A DNA stretch of 64,000 nt from Octopus vulgaris (GCA_951406725.2 OX597823.1:71858001-71922000); one strand, 5' to 3'. Shown: positions 27,070-40,412, counted from the first letter of the stretch. Numbers and translations: made by a program. Notes: generated by a model not told the origin, from the letters alone.

Positions 27070-28060
27070 TATCGTGACCAGAAAACTGAGCAGTTCATCT
27101 ACCCTGACGACTGTGTAATATCCCTTGAGAGTCTGTTTCAAGTATCAGCAGCAAACCTCATCTCAGTGCTAGATGACTTCCTCTGTTACGAATGTAAACG
27201 CCTACACGTCAACTTTGCGAAGACATATCTCCACGTTCCTTCTCAGGAATCGTGAAGCCAGCCGACCTCTTCACATCAAATAACTTGGAGCTATGTAACA
27301 CACCGTGGTCATTGAAGTTACCTCGAACCATACTCTCCCTTTTAAGGATCACATCAAAAACACTGAATTAAAATTTGGTTCCCGGAGTAACATCCTACGA
27401 AAACCGGTAATCACAAATAGGAAACCACAACATACACTGTACTGGCCTTGTGCTATTTTTCTGCGGTGTATGCATCTTCTGTCTGGGAGAGATCAACTCA
27501 TGCGAAGAAATTCGATCCAAAGTTGATCATTGGTTACATAAAACCCACCAACACGAATGACTTGCACCTCTTCCTTGGCACTATCCCTGCTGATATCAGG
27601 TAGGAAAGGTCCAGTTAATTCGAGGAGACAAAGGCTACTGGTGATGAATCCCACCTCTTATATGAACGTAAAACCCCGACCTAGCGACCGAAGAAACTTC
27701 CCCAACCATATCCAGCCTCGCTAACAACAACATCCAGACTCCAGATATGGATAGAAAAGCTTGCGGATGACCCTCCTCCAATTGATATCGAAACCCCCTA
27801 CCTTACTGAAGACTTTCTTCCCGGTTCAGAAGCATCATGGATTCGGTGGAAGACACCCAATCGTCTGCGAACGAGAATGGGACGATAAAAAGTTGCTCTT
27901 GTTATATGGAGCTACACCGGCCTAACCACTTGTGAATGTGGAGATGTAGGCCATACCATGGAGCACTACTTTGTTTGCCATCTACAACTCAACCCCTGCA
28001 GCACAAATGACTTTTCAAGATTCAATGAAAATTCAAAGAACTGTGTAAAGATGTGAGTAT
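27070..28060 (+). mobile_element. Vingi/Ingi-like LINE 3' portion, decayed
   Basis: FIYPDD (YADD-like), LRNREA.RPL, VT.NHTLPFKDHIKNT...RSNILRK, W.TPNRLRTRMGR and TCECGD..HTMEHYFVC motifs across broken frames. Confidence 0.75.
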
Positions 28061-28621
28061 CTGTTAAAAAAAATTACGTTTCAAAGAACCGAAAGAAAAA
28101 CATGCGTGTATTTGTGTGTCACATTACATACACACACTAACACAATATGGCCGCATAAAATACAAACCATAAACCAAGCTGCTTTGAAGCTGTATCTAGA
28201 AAAGCTAACTCTAAGCTAATAATAATAAATACCTCCAAACTGTTCAACGAAACCATGGTGTCGAAATGAAGAGCTTCATCGACAAATTAAGCAGCAATAA
28301 ACATTCACCCAAAGATAAATAAAATTGAATACGGACAATTACAAGATAATTTAAATCCAGGATGATAAACCACAAGCAGAGACAGAATAATTTTATAGAA
28401 AATACCGTTAGCAAAATATCTTTTTACTCATTATACACAATTTTGTTCATTTATAGATCTAAACAAGACAAGGGGCTATGTTTAAATGAGGTTTGAAAGA
28501 AACCTTTCTTTTGAGAAGCGTTTTGATCGCACAACTGTTACTGTAGAAATTTATATAAACTTTTGCAAATCCTAAAACTTGTATTTCCATTTTGGGAATT
28601 TATTATTCCGACTAAATTATT

Positions 28622-29018
28622 CTCAGCGTAATCCAGAAAGAACACAATTGGTAAGTGTATAGGAAAGCTTATAAAATAAATCAACCCCATGAGGATCAAT
28701 AATGAGAAACTCCGAGTATCCACTCACGTAGACTACACTTAACAAGAAATTATTTCATTCAAGCTGATTGCATAAAGTAATTTCATATTTCATTTCATGC
28801 TAGATTGTTTTTGCTACCTGTTATATATGTAGGTAGATGGAATATACGTGCATGCATGTGCCTAGAGCATTAGTAACAGCAACAGTAGCAGTAATAGCAA
28901 CAACATCAATGGTAGTGGCAGCAGCAGTGGCGGTAGCAGTTGTAGTAGCAGCAACTGTAGTAGTAGGGTTAGCAGCAACTACTGCTGCTTCTACTACTAA
29001 ACCACCACCACCACCATA

Positions 29019-29117
<99 letters not shown>

Positions 29118-29118
29118 G

Positions 29119-29175
<57 letters not shown>

Positions 29176-29481
29176 AAATTGTTCAGTTTTTAAGGTAGCT
29201 TAAGTTGCCGTTTAGGAATTTAGCATATGTCGAAGTAGAAAATTGCTCAGGATGAGTGGAGATAGATGAAAGAATATAAAGGTTAAAAGCAACAACATTA
29301 AAAAAAAAATTAGCATTGAGTAAAAATACATAATTTTAGTATTTTAGCACAAAAATAATAACGAAGAAATATATATATCAATATATGAAAAATAACAAAA
29401 AAGTATAAACTACTCGGGGAAAGACAGGAGGGGCGTATTCCTTTTACATCCGTGAATGTCTGCCTACCTGTTCATGCTTTT

Positions 29482-29530
<49 letters not shown>

Positions 29531-29825
29531 TACACACACGCACACATGTCTATCTGTCTATCTATCGATCTATCTAGAAATCTGTCTATTTACCATGTAT
29601 TTTTTTTTCCATAACTTTATATTTTTTAATTGCAACTTTGCTATTTATAAACATTTTCAACAGTCTTCTTGTACTACACAGATTACAGTACATTGCTTTT
29701 ATCAATTTCCAGCGCGTTGACATATGCTAAATTCATAAACCTCAACTTAGATTCCCAACCGCTTACTTTGTGCCATAACAGCAAAAACAACAACAAAACA
29801 ACAACAACTGCTGCTGCTGCTGCTG

Positions 29826-29877
<52 letters not shown>

Positions 29878-30023
29878 GCGTAATCCAGAAAGAACCAATT
29901 GGTAAGTGCATAAGAAAGCTTATCAAATAAATCAACTCCATGAGGATCAAGAATGAGAAATTCCGAGTATCCGCTCACGTTGACTACATTTAACAAGAAA
30001 TTATTTCATTCAAGCTGATTGCA
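28622..30023 (+). repeat. ~150-bp direct repeat, copies at 28622-28772 and 29874-30023
   Basis: CTCAGCGTAATCCAGAAAGAAC...CAAGCTGATTGCA in both copies, with about ten differences. Confidence 0.92.
29018..29175. repeat. (CTA)n/(CTG)n trinucleotide microsatellite
   Basis: Directly visible. Confidence 0.95.
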
Positions 30024-30278
30024 CTATTACTATCCCTAAAAAAGTAGTACATTCATCAATTGAGGCGCTCTTGGCGGTCGGGGAGACCAGGATGTTTGGG
30101 GTTCTTTCGTTGGCCCTTGGTGGAATTCCCTTTAGGGAGAAGTTTATTGCCTAATTATTGTTGTTAACTGTTATTATTTTTATTGAATACACATAATTTT
30201 GTGCTAAGCCCCACTCATCCCCTGTTTTGTATTGTCCTTATTTGTTTTGTATTCAGCTCCTGTGGTCAATAAAGAAAA

Positions 30279-31235
30279 AATTATTATCATTCAGCTTATT
30301 TTGCTTAGTATGAGGGTAAGTGCCAGCTGTCCACAGCCAGCAGACTAAGGTGACACTTGTTTACTGGTAATGCTTCAAGAAGCCTGCGAAGAATTCTTGC
30401 AGTTCCGAGCAATGCTGATTTTTGCAGGTGTCCTACCTTTACATTTGTACCAATCTTTTTGAGCCATGTTGGTAGTTGAGTGCTGATACTTCCAAGTGCG
30501 CCACGTCTACTCTCCTTGTTAGCCACAGCCTTCGTATTTTACATTACAAATCATCGTAGTTGTCCACTTTTTCTTCTTCCTTCTCTTTGATCCTGTTGTC
30601 ACCGGACATGTTATGTTCTTTCTGATTTTTTTTTCACCACAACAATGTCCGGTTTCCGATGTCTGCTCAGGTGATCACACTAAATCATTGCATTCTACAG
30701 AAATTTGCAATTTTCATTCTCGGTGACTCCTTCTGAGGTTTTCTCATATCATGTCATTGCTCTTTGTAGGCCGTGATTTCCACAGAGTTCCCAATGGATC
30801 CTTCTTGGTACATTGTCATGGTGTCTTTTATATTCTCGTTGTGCCAATTTCAGAGATTCGCTAATGATGTGCTATACCGTTTCATCCCTCTCACCACACT
30901 TTCTGCATTTGTCGCTGTCGGTAGTGTTATCGATTCTGCACTTCCTTAGCGCTTGTTCTTGAGCTGCGCATACACGTGCTTCTGTCTTGATTTTCAGGTC
31001 ACACCTCGACATCCATAGCCACCAGTCTCCTGAATCTGTCTTGGCGTTGGTATCTGACAGTACATCTTTTTGTCTCTCCATGCTGTTTCTTCTTTTTGTG
31101 TGTTCTTTTTCTCTCTAAGTTTTTTTTCTTAACACAATTATCAGATTTAATGACGCCAGACATCTTCACGTGTTTCAACAATGGTTCCACGGTATTTTTA
31201 CATACCATCCTGAGCTATGTGTATACCATCATAGG
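30279..31235 (-). mobile_element. R4/Dong-clade LINE 3' kilobase, decayed
   Basis: DLKIKTEARVCAAQEQAL, KCRKCGERDETV.HI, YKRHHDNV...HWELC, RKPDIVV, GALGSIS...LQKSALLGTARILRR. The 3' UTR ends in TAA-like repeats. Confidence 0.88.
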
Positions 31236-31278
31236 CTCTGTGCACTGTCAATATTCTTCATGTCTTCGTATCCATGTT

Positions 31279-31425
31279 CATCAGTTCTTTCGTCTACCAA
31301 ATCCACTGACAAGGCTTTAGTCGGTCCGAGGTTATAGTAGAAGACACTTGCCCAAGGTGCCACACAGTGGAACTGAAACCGAAACAATGTGATTGGGAAA
31401 CAAGCTTCTTACCCCACAACCATGT
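31279..31425 (-). mobile_element. SINE family A 5' half
   Basis: TAGTAGAAGACACTTGCCCAAGGTGCCAC matches family A. Confidence 0.85.
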
Positions 31426-31582
31426 CGGGAGAGAGAGAGCGAGATATGATTTATAGAAAATGGATTGAACGACAATTATTATTGCTTGTTTACACTTTTT
31501 CGAGATCAGTGACTTTTCGTCACTGGAAAAAGGATATATGTATTTGCATTGGGACCCCTTCGCATCGAAGACCGGTGACTGT

Positions 31583-31627
31583 CGTGCGCTGACGACGGGT
31601 AAATACTCAGAAACCCAGGTCCGTGCG
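31583..31627 (+). ncRNA. Minimal type I hammerhead ribozyme motif
   Basis: Stem I CGTGCG/CGTGCG (6 pairs, 2 G-U); CTGACGA 31589-31595; stem II CGGGT-AAAT-ACTCA (closing C-A mismatch); GAAA 31610-31613; stem III ACC-CA-GGT; GUC site at 31621. Confidence 0.7.
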
Positions 31628-32340
31628 TATCACGTCAGGTCGACGATGGGAAGGATGACTTCCCTTTGCAAATACTGATAGGGCACAGAAAGTGTGTCAA
31701 TAGCCAGCTGAAGAAGATGTTCTCCATTCGCTACAAGCTACAGTAGCATCCAACCTTAGTGGTTAGCTAAATTTAAGTGGCAAATATACTTCACATTGTC
31801 GTGCAGCTACTGTTTATACCTCGTTCAGAGATCTATTATTATCTATTATATTATGGATTGAATGATATTATTCATTTAAAAACACTACAATTGTTTCCCC
31901 TCATCGTTACACCGGCAGTATATTGACGAGGTGATATAATTAACGTATGTTGTAATCACTATCATCCATCAAAGATGAAAGAAGTGTCTTTTGATGTGAT
32001 TATTTTAAATAAGCCTTTCGTTAGGTCATACTGTCATTTCACGCTCATTCCCACACTCAAATGAAACGACAGTATGCATGACACTGAATACACAATATAT
32101 TAATTATATCATGTCACCAATGTACAACAAGTCTAATGATATGTAGTGTTTCGAAATAAAGAATGACGTTCAATCCATTTCCTGTTATTCTTCTCTTTTT
32201 ATAAACTCAATGGATACTATTGAATTCCTGATGTATATCCAGCAGAAGGAACACGCCGGCTGTATGATGACAGCCGGTGACCAATAACTGTAGATGAACC
32301 TCGCATTCTGCAAGGTTTCTACATGAATTTTGCAAAATGC

Positions 32341-32418
32341 TATGTATGTATGTATGTATGTATGTATATGTATGTATATGTATGTATATGTATGTATGTA
32401 TATGTATGTATATGTATG

Positions 32419-32450
<32 letters not shown>

Positions 32451-32470
32451 TGTATGTATGTATATGTATG

Positions 32471-32502
<32 letters not shown>

Positions 32503-32533
32503 TGTATGTATGTATGTATGTATGTATGTATGT
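32341..32533. repeat. (TATG)n microsatellite
   Basis: Directly visible. Similar tracts lie near 13050, 26640, 33465 and 39280. Confidence 0.95.
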
Positions 32534-32825
32534 GAGCATGTTTCTCTGTGTGTGTGCATTTATGTGTGCATCTGTATGCGTTTGTGTGTGCGTGACTGTA
32601 TATATCCTTTCATCAGTGCACGTATGTTAACAAATCTGATTACGCTCAAAGACACACGTAGATATATATATATATATATATATTATTATTATTAATATAT
32701 AATGCTGGCATTAAATAGAATTGTTCAGTGAAATATATACTCATCCATTATGTATGTTAGACGCACACGTATACATAAACATACATACTGAGGCGCGCAT
32801 GCGCATGTGCAGATGCATGTACGCT

Positions 32826-32890
<65 letters not shown>

Positions 32891-33471
32891 TATACACATA
32901 TATATGTGAGTGCGTGTGCGTGTTTATGAGTGTGTGAATTGCGAGCAATATATAGTTTATGCAGCAGCTGCTTCTGAACATATACAAGCAACTTGTTCGT
33001 GAAAAAAACTACAAAAAAATAGCAACAACTAAGAAGAAAATGAACGCTTAAGACAACGAAACAATAAGAGCAACAAGGAAAGGAGTCAAAAACGAAAACA
33101 AAACTTCGAATCTACAAACGTTGGAACAATGACGTTGTGTTCGTTATCGAGGTGGATGAGACGTAAACCAACAAAGAATGTCATTGTGAAAGAAATACAA
33201 TATTGTATAGCAATATTAGCAGAATAGAAGCTTTATAGCAGAATAGAAGCTTTCCAAGACAATTCCATTGGAAAGTGGGTGTTTCTGACGATGAACTGAT
33301 GGAAACTACCACTATGCGATTGAAAAAAAAGAATTAAGAAATTGATATAAATAAACAAGGAAAATATCTTCTTTTGTGTGTAAAAGTATTCAGAGATATC
33401 TCTGCACCATTCCGCCATTTCGAACAAATCGGAAGGATTAAGCGTACACGCGCAATGTACGTGTATGTATG

Positions 33472-33503
<32 letters not shown>

Positions 33504-33569
33504 TGTATGTATGTATGTATGTATTTACGTATGCATGTACTTTCGCAAACATATTTGCATGTATATATG

Positions 33570-33635
<66 letters not shown>

Positions 33636-34647
33636 CCTGTGCATATATACGTTTATATTTTATGTATATCTATGTATATGCATATATACATGCATACATA
33701 TATATAATTATATATTTGTATGTATGTATGTATGTATGTATTTACGTATGCATGTGTTTTCGCAATTATGTATGCTTGTATATATGTATATATATATGTG
33801 TGTGCCTGTGTATATATACGTTTATATTTTATGTATATATATATGTATATCTATGTATATGCATATATACATACATACATGCGTACATATATAATTGTAT
33901 ATATATATATGTATACATGCATGTACATACATAGTCACAATACATAGAGAACTATCAAGGAAGAATCGATAAATTTTAGCAAATCAAGTGTGTAACTATA
34001 ACACGGGATACTTATACAAACATAAAGAAAGAAAGAGAACAACAAAGATGGTAATATACTTTACAGATTAACTCCTCCCTCTCTTTTTGTCTTGCTTCGC
34101 TATTTACCTTTTGTAAATACTCACCCTTTCGTAAAGAAATTGGTCTATTAGTCGAATACTGCAAGTAAAAGAGAACTATACAATGTTGGCATGATGCTAT
34201 GTAGGTTCGATCCCTCATTGGTCTCGCCTATAAAATCAAGATTCTTTGGCAGAAAAAGAAAATCATAAGGAAAGGCCTTCAGAGAAGAGCCTCCCTCACT
34301 ATTGCAAATATTTCGGGCCTTTTCACTTAACTCACTAAAGTGGCCCGGCGGCACCCATGTCATGGGTCCTCGACAGCTCTCTGCTGTCACATTCTGTGCT
34401 ACTTTCTGTATTGCAACACACCTTGGTAGTTAAAGTACCACTTGAAAGAGGGAATAGATGTTCCAATGGTTAACTCGTGTAAAGTTTCATAGTTTACTTT
34501 GCGTATTTTGCAGTATTGTATCTGTATCGTGATTTTTGATTTATATTTCGCAATTACTAAAACACATCTTGTGGGTGCGTTGTGTGTGTATACATACATA
34601 TCTATCTCTCTGTCTATTGTATAACTATATCTATCTATATAAATGAG

Positions 34648-34682
<35 letters not shown>

Positions 34683-34765
34683 TAATGAATATGTGGAAGC
34701 AATGTTGTGGGGAAACAAACAGTTGGATCAGTTTAAGCAGGAATGAGTAAAGAGAGAACTTTTCT

Positions 34766-35140
34766 TATTTATTTACTAACCACAAGAGGGGACAAACAAG
34801 GACAGACAAACGAATTAAGTCGATTATATCGACCCCCGAAAGGATGAAAGGCCAAAATCGACCTTGGCGGAATTTGAACCCAGAACGTAGCGGCAGACGA
34901 AATACCTATTTCTTTACTGCCTACAAGGTGCTAAATACAGAGAGGACAAAAAAGGACAGACAAACGGATTAAGTCGATTATATCGACCCCAGTGCGTAAC
35001 TGGTTCTTAATTAATCCACCCCGAAAGGATGAAAGGCAAAGTCGACTTCGGCGGAATTTGAACTCAGAACGTAACGGCAGACGAAATACTGCTAAGCATT
35101 TCGCCCGGCGTGCTAACGATTCTGCCAGCTCGCCGCCTTA
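34766..35140 (-). mobile_element. SINE family B dimer with 17-bp TSD
   Basis: One head plus two body units. AAAGAGAGAACTTTTCT at 34749-34765 and 35141-35157. Confidence 0.92.
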
Positions 35141-36041
35141 AAAGAGAGAACTTTTCTGAATGGTAAACTACAGTTTGCGAGTGAGAAAAGATGCCTACTA
35201 CAATATTTTGTTCCTAACTTGGTGTCGGACACAATCAGTTCATGTTTAAACAGTGATTTTCTATTAGGAAGCAAAAGTTTCTCCAGTCATTTCAGAGCTG
35301 TGTATCATGCCTTACACGATGCTGATGATGGCCAGAACCTAGAAATGCAATCACCGTTCCGCTAGAAGCCGCCATGAAATGATTTTTGGATTTTTAATAC
35401 CCATTTACTAAATCGAGAATGTTTCTCAAGGCAAGCGGCGGTGCAAACGGTCTTTTTACATGTCAATTCTGTCCCTAATATGTTTGAAATTCGAACTGAT
35501 CTAAATCCATGTTTATGAATAGTTTCTGAATTAATCAATTAGTTTTCTACACAAGAATCCTGGAGATCGTTAGTGGGGCTGGAAGGAAAAGTGAACTGTT
35601 ACTTTACGTTTCCTATCAGTGCTTCCGACAAATGCCAGCGTTGAGTTTTTCCCAAACTCTCATGTACGAAACCGATTGCCAAACTGTGCTAAAATGGGTC
35701 TATATTTTCTTCTATAAATAGTAATACACCCACTCTGTTCACGAATATAGGAGGGTCCGTTTTTCTAACTTATGGATTATGAGGCGACCGTGTATAAATA
35801 AATGTGTGTGTGTGTGTGTATACACATACACACATACATGCTCTATATCATCAAACAATGAAAATGAGTGCTCAACATTGCATTTTGTATACAGCTATTC
35901 TTTACTTATGGATTAACAAGACAACCAATAGTTTCATGCAGCTAAAGTCTGTACAGCACTTCAAGATCCACTTGAGAATGCTGATAATCTTCTACATTTT
36001 GTCGGCGATTATCAGCATTGAAGAATATTGGTAATTTTTTC

Positions 36042-36205
36042 CACGACAGGTGTTGATGCCTCTACATCTCTGTAACCTAGTGATTCGGCTAAAAAGATCT
36101 ACAGATTACGTGCCAGGCTTAATGAAATAAGTTTGGGATCGACTTACTTGTCTAAAACTTTTCAAGAAGGTGCCCTATCAAGGCTGCAGTAGCAAAAGAA
36201 AGATA
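36042..36205 (+). mobile_element. Diverged SINE family A 3' fragment
   Basis: Degenerate GTAACCTAGTGATTCGGCTAAAAAGA...GGGATCGAC...AAGGTGCCC. Confidence 0.6.
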
Positions 36206-36244
36206 TACACACACACGCGCGCGCATATACATATTCCATAACGG

Positions 36245-36341
36245 CCACCGCTGATGAGCGCAGGGTTGCATAATCGAATTGTTACCTAACACTTCGTTGA
36301 ATACTTAGCGTGAAACCGATTAGTAAGATTGGTCGTAGTGG
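36245..36341 (+). ncRNA. Type I hammerhead-like motif, probably lacking one nucleotide at stem I
   Basis: CTGATGA 36251-36257; stem II GCGC...GCGT with a long loop; GAAA 36312-36315; 6-bp stem III ACCGAT/ATTGGT; GUC at 36334; stem I CCACCG vs GTAGTGG is out of register by one base. Confidence 0.6.
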
Positions 36342-36460
36342 ATATATTATACAGAACATTTCGAATTACATATATATATATATATATATGCATGTGTGTG
36401 TGTGTGTGTGTGTGTGCGTGAGTGCGTATATATGTGTGTGTGTGTATATATTTTTTTTGT

Positions 36461-36760
36461 CGCCCTTTTCAAGCCTAGCCTAGGCTCATGGGCCCGGTTT
36501 CCCGGTTTCTGTGGCGTATGTGTTCCTCCCAACCGGACGGGACTCCAGTCCATCGCAACGTTACTCAAGAAACAGGAAGAGAGAGTGGGAGAAAGTTGTG
36601 GCGAAGGAGTACAACAGGGGTCGCCACCACCCCTGCCGGAGCCTCGTGGAGCTTTTAGGTGTTTTCGTTCAAAACACACACACACACACACAATGCCCGG
36701 TCTGGGAATCGAAACTGCGATCCTCCGACCGCGAGTCCACTGCCCTAACCACTGGGCCAT
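36461..36760 (-). mobile_element. SINE family C, near full length, 123 bp downstream of the TH exon donor
   Basis: A box TGGCCCAGTGG, B box GTTTCGATTCC, family C body and tail GCTAGGCTTGAAAAGGGCG. Confidence 0.9.
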
Positions 36761-36883
36761 ATACACATATATATATGTATATTTCTATGTGTGTGCGCGC
36801 GTGTGTATGCTGTGTGAATCCGTCGTGTATGTGATATATATATATTCGTCTGCACATAGATTAAGTTGTAAGTGGTTACTTAC

Positions 36884-37120
36884 CTCAAATACCTTCATAA
36901 TGTCGGCTAGAGATGTCATCTGTTCTTTCAAAATCACGAGTAAAGAGACACGCGCAGTTTCCACTTCCAGGCGAGATTTTCCTTCACCATTAAATTGTTC
37001 AGTCTCTTCTGATATGCATTCTCCCAACCTCCTTTCTTCAGAACGCTCAAACTCAGCGTTGGTAACCGTTTCGAATCGGGCATCTTCTATCAGACTTTTC
37101 CTCCGCCAGTTTCCTCCGTG
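36884..37120 (-). CDS. TH: Tyrosine hydroxylase coding exon (N-terminal regulatory region with PKA site and first half of ACT domain), 237 bp, phase 0-0
   Basis: Acceptor ttatttatAG at 37122-37121; donor GTAAGT at 36883. Translates HGGNWRRKSLIEDARFETVTNAEFERSEERRLGECISEETEQFNGEGKSRLEVETARVSLLVILKEQMTSLADIMKVFE. RRxSLI(E/D)DAR is the TH-specific motif (human RRQSLIEDAR, Drosophila RRRSLVDDARFET). Confidence 0.92.
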
Positions 37121-37279
37121 CTATAAATAATATTGAAACGAAAGTGAGCATCAATAAATTTATTGTAGTGCGGCAATAGATAATTAAAAAAGTATACTTA
37201 GTGGTTGACTCTAGTCAAGAACAGCTGGGGAGACGACAGTTGCAGTAAACCTCCATTTTTCTCTCCCTCTTTACGAATC

Positions 37280-37323
<44 letters not shown>

Positions 37324-39630
37324 CATCCAAACGTACATGCACACATACAAACACACGTATGCGCTCATATAGGTATGTAATGATATGGATCTCCGTCAAT
37401 TGCGATGATGATGATGCAGTTTTTCGATTAAGTAAATTTTGTGCTCATTGTATTTGACTGAGAATTCCACAGACACGTGCATCTGTAACAAAATTCTCAG
37501 ACACAATTAATGAGACACAGGTTGTATTGAATTACTGCAATAAAACCATTCGATGAACTTCCATAGAGTTTCTGCCTTCCTAATTTCGCCCAAAGAATAT
37601 CAGACACATGTTTTCTTCCCTCAACAGAAAAGTCATGGGAGGGTCATCTTTGATTTAAATCTTTTTTGGTTCACAAAATGTATTTCTACATACTCTGCGA
37701 AAATTTACACATTTTGTAATAAACTCTAATATATTGTAAGAGGACCTTTACAAAAGATTGTGTGCAAAATTTAGCAAGAAGTAAAGCTAAGTGTCTCACT
37801 ATATATTAATACATTAAGCAATATTACTTTCACCAACGCAGGTTCGTATTAAAACATCAAGATTCTCGCTTCTCCACGGCTCACAAAATATACAAATTTA
37901 CAAATTCCAGTTACATTTCGCACGTGTTTAATTTAGATATTCCAGAATAAAAGTACAAGGAAATCTATGAGTTCTAACTTAGTATCAAGGTGTATATTTG
38001 AGGAACGAGGATAAACTTCGCATTCTTAGTCTCATTTACTCTTTACATCACCGGCTGCATAGTGATAATAGTGCTGAGTGGAGTCTGTGAGCTCAAATTC
38101 TGGCATGGCACAGTAAATGTACATACATTTGGAAAATATTTCACCTAACAATGACTGAAGCTAAGATAAAAAACACGAAGCTAAAAAGGAAAATACCGCC
38201 CCTGTAACATATCTTATGAAACACCTGAATACGAAACATCAAATTTCTACGTTTGTCAAAAGCCGAACTCTGGTTCTCTGGCAGGAAACTAGATTTCCAG
38301 GTTTGATCAGACTGACTTCACTTCCGAGACCTTTGAGAAAGAACTGTAGTTGGCTAACACATTGATTGCTGTCTTTGATCATAAGAAAACAAAACATTGA
38401 CTTTATTTTTATTGTATGATTAGTTGAGAATCATAAATGTCATCTGTATTTGTAATGCGCGATACTTGAAATTATTGAGAACACATAGCAATCCTAACAG
38501 AACAAAATTACATTAAAACCAAATCGAATGTACATTAAAACCAAATCGAATGAAACTAAATTTGAAGAAAGAATGAGTCCAGATTGTGTCACCATCATTG
38601 TTTACTTGTCTACAATTAAAAAGTTCAGTTTGTTTTTTGCTAGCGTTTTTTTGTTTAATTGGGAAAGAATTATATTCACAATAACAATTTCAAGTTCATT
38701 GCTGTTAACTTAATCACAAATTTCAAATGTCCTGAAAGTATTTCTCATGATACTGTTATAAATGTATTGTATACGAATGAGACTTTCATAGATGGAGAAA
38801 TACATAAAATAAATGCACATACATACTCACACACACACACACTCGTACGTATACACATAAATCTACATATACAATATGATTATATTGTATGTAGTATTAA
38901 TAAAACGGCAACGACACACTTCTAGTGTATATAAATATGCACTAGAAATTCAACCCATACAAAATTGTATTGATTACTGATAAAACTTTCTACAAAGCTC
39001 AACGTAAGAAGTACAAGTTAGTACATATGCATAAAGGCTAAAGTTTTCAGGTAAATATATACCGTATCATTTTAGAATCAATATACAGGTATTTATTCAA
39101 AATTACTGATTCAATTTGATCGTTTAACATATATTAGAAGTACTTATAAATATTGTCCTTTCTAAATATAATTACATTTTAGGGAACAGAAATATATTTA
39201 TTCAACGACAATTGTTTTGCGTTCGTGGGAGTGTATGTAAGTATAAGAATGAATGTGTACATTTGTATTAATGTGATCTAGTATGTATGTATGTATGTAC
39301 GTACGTATGTAAGCATTATGTATGTACGTACGTATGTATGTATGTATGTATGTATGCATGTATGTAAGCATGTATGTATGTATGTACGTATGTATGCATG
39401 TATGTATGTATGTATACATGTATGTATATATGTATGTACGTATGTATGTTTGTATATATGTATGTATTCCATGTTTTTGTTTTTATGTTTTCATTGTGTA
39501 TGTATTTATGTATGTATGTAGGTAGGTAAATAGGTAGGTAGGTAGGTAGGTAGGTAGGTAGGTAGGTACTTATGTCCCTCAGCTTGTTTGTCTGTGTTTA
39601 TGTATGTATGTACGTATGTATTCATTGTGC

Positions 39631-39751
39631 ATGTCCACACTCACGAAACAATTGGATTATTCAAGAAATATAGTTTGTGTCTCGATGTACGTACGTATGT
39701 CCACACTCACGAAACAATTGGATTATTCAAGAAATATAGTTTGTGTCTCGA
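39631..39751. repeat. Perfect 55-bp direct repeat with 11-bp spacer
   Basis: ATGTCCACACTCACGAAAC...TTTGTGTCTCGA at 39631-39685 and 39697-39751. Confidence 0.95.
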
Positions 39752-40214
39752 AAGTGTCAATTATTCTATGATAATCTAATCAAAGACATATTATACAATT
39801 CTACTAGAATGGATACGATAACAATGAAAGAAACATACATGCAAATAAACATATGATCATGAATACACAAAAATCATATGGTTTCTATACAAATTGAGAA
39901 ATCTAATACTTTTTCATGAATACACTATAATATATTCATGTAAATATGTCGATCCGGTGACTGCAGTATGAAAAGTTTACCATTAGTGTCATACCATTCC
40001 CACTAATCCAAAGTGTTACTCAGATACGTTAAAGATCTCTAAATAGATCCAGAAGCATGTATTCAATATTCGTATGCGATGTACGGAAAATGGGCTTTAC
40101 ATTGTTAAATCTATGTTATAGATAAATTTATTGAAACATGCATACAAACATACGTATGTGTGTGCGTTTGCGTACGCGAGCGCGTGTATCTATCTATGTA
40201 TCTATCTATCTATC

Positions 40215-40412
40215 TATTCTTTTACTTGTTTCAGTCACTTGACTGCGACCATGTTGAAGCACCGTCTTTACCCAAGCAAATCGACCCCAGGACATATTCT
40301 TTGTAAACCTGCTATTTATTCTATCGCTTCTTTTGCCGAATCACTAAGCTACGGGGACGTAAACACACCAGCATCGGTTGCCAAGCGATGTTGGGAGGAT
40401 AAACACAGACAC
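40215..40412 (-). mobile_element. SINE family A 3' half
   Basis: CTTTTACTTGTTTCAGTCA...GGGGACGTAAACACACCAGCATCGG matches the 7788 copy. Confidence 0.88.

Noticed and set aside
34125-34400. 80-aa minus-strand ORF near a GTGAGT donor, considered as an alternative TH exon
   Set aside because: No TH similarity, the donor is not in the ORF frame, and the two real exons already join seamlessly.
35316-35357. CTGATGA...GAAA hammerhead-like match
   Set aside because: The required U before the cleavage site is A and stem II is weak. Could be chance or a very decayed copy.
39631-39751. Repeat-spacer-repeat pattern (CRISPR-like)
   Set aside because: Only two 55-bp copies with an 11-bp spacer in eukaryotic DNA; a simple local duplication.
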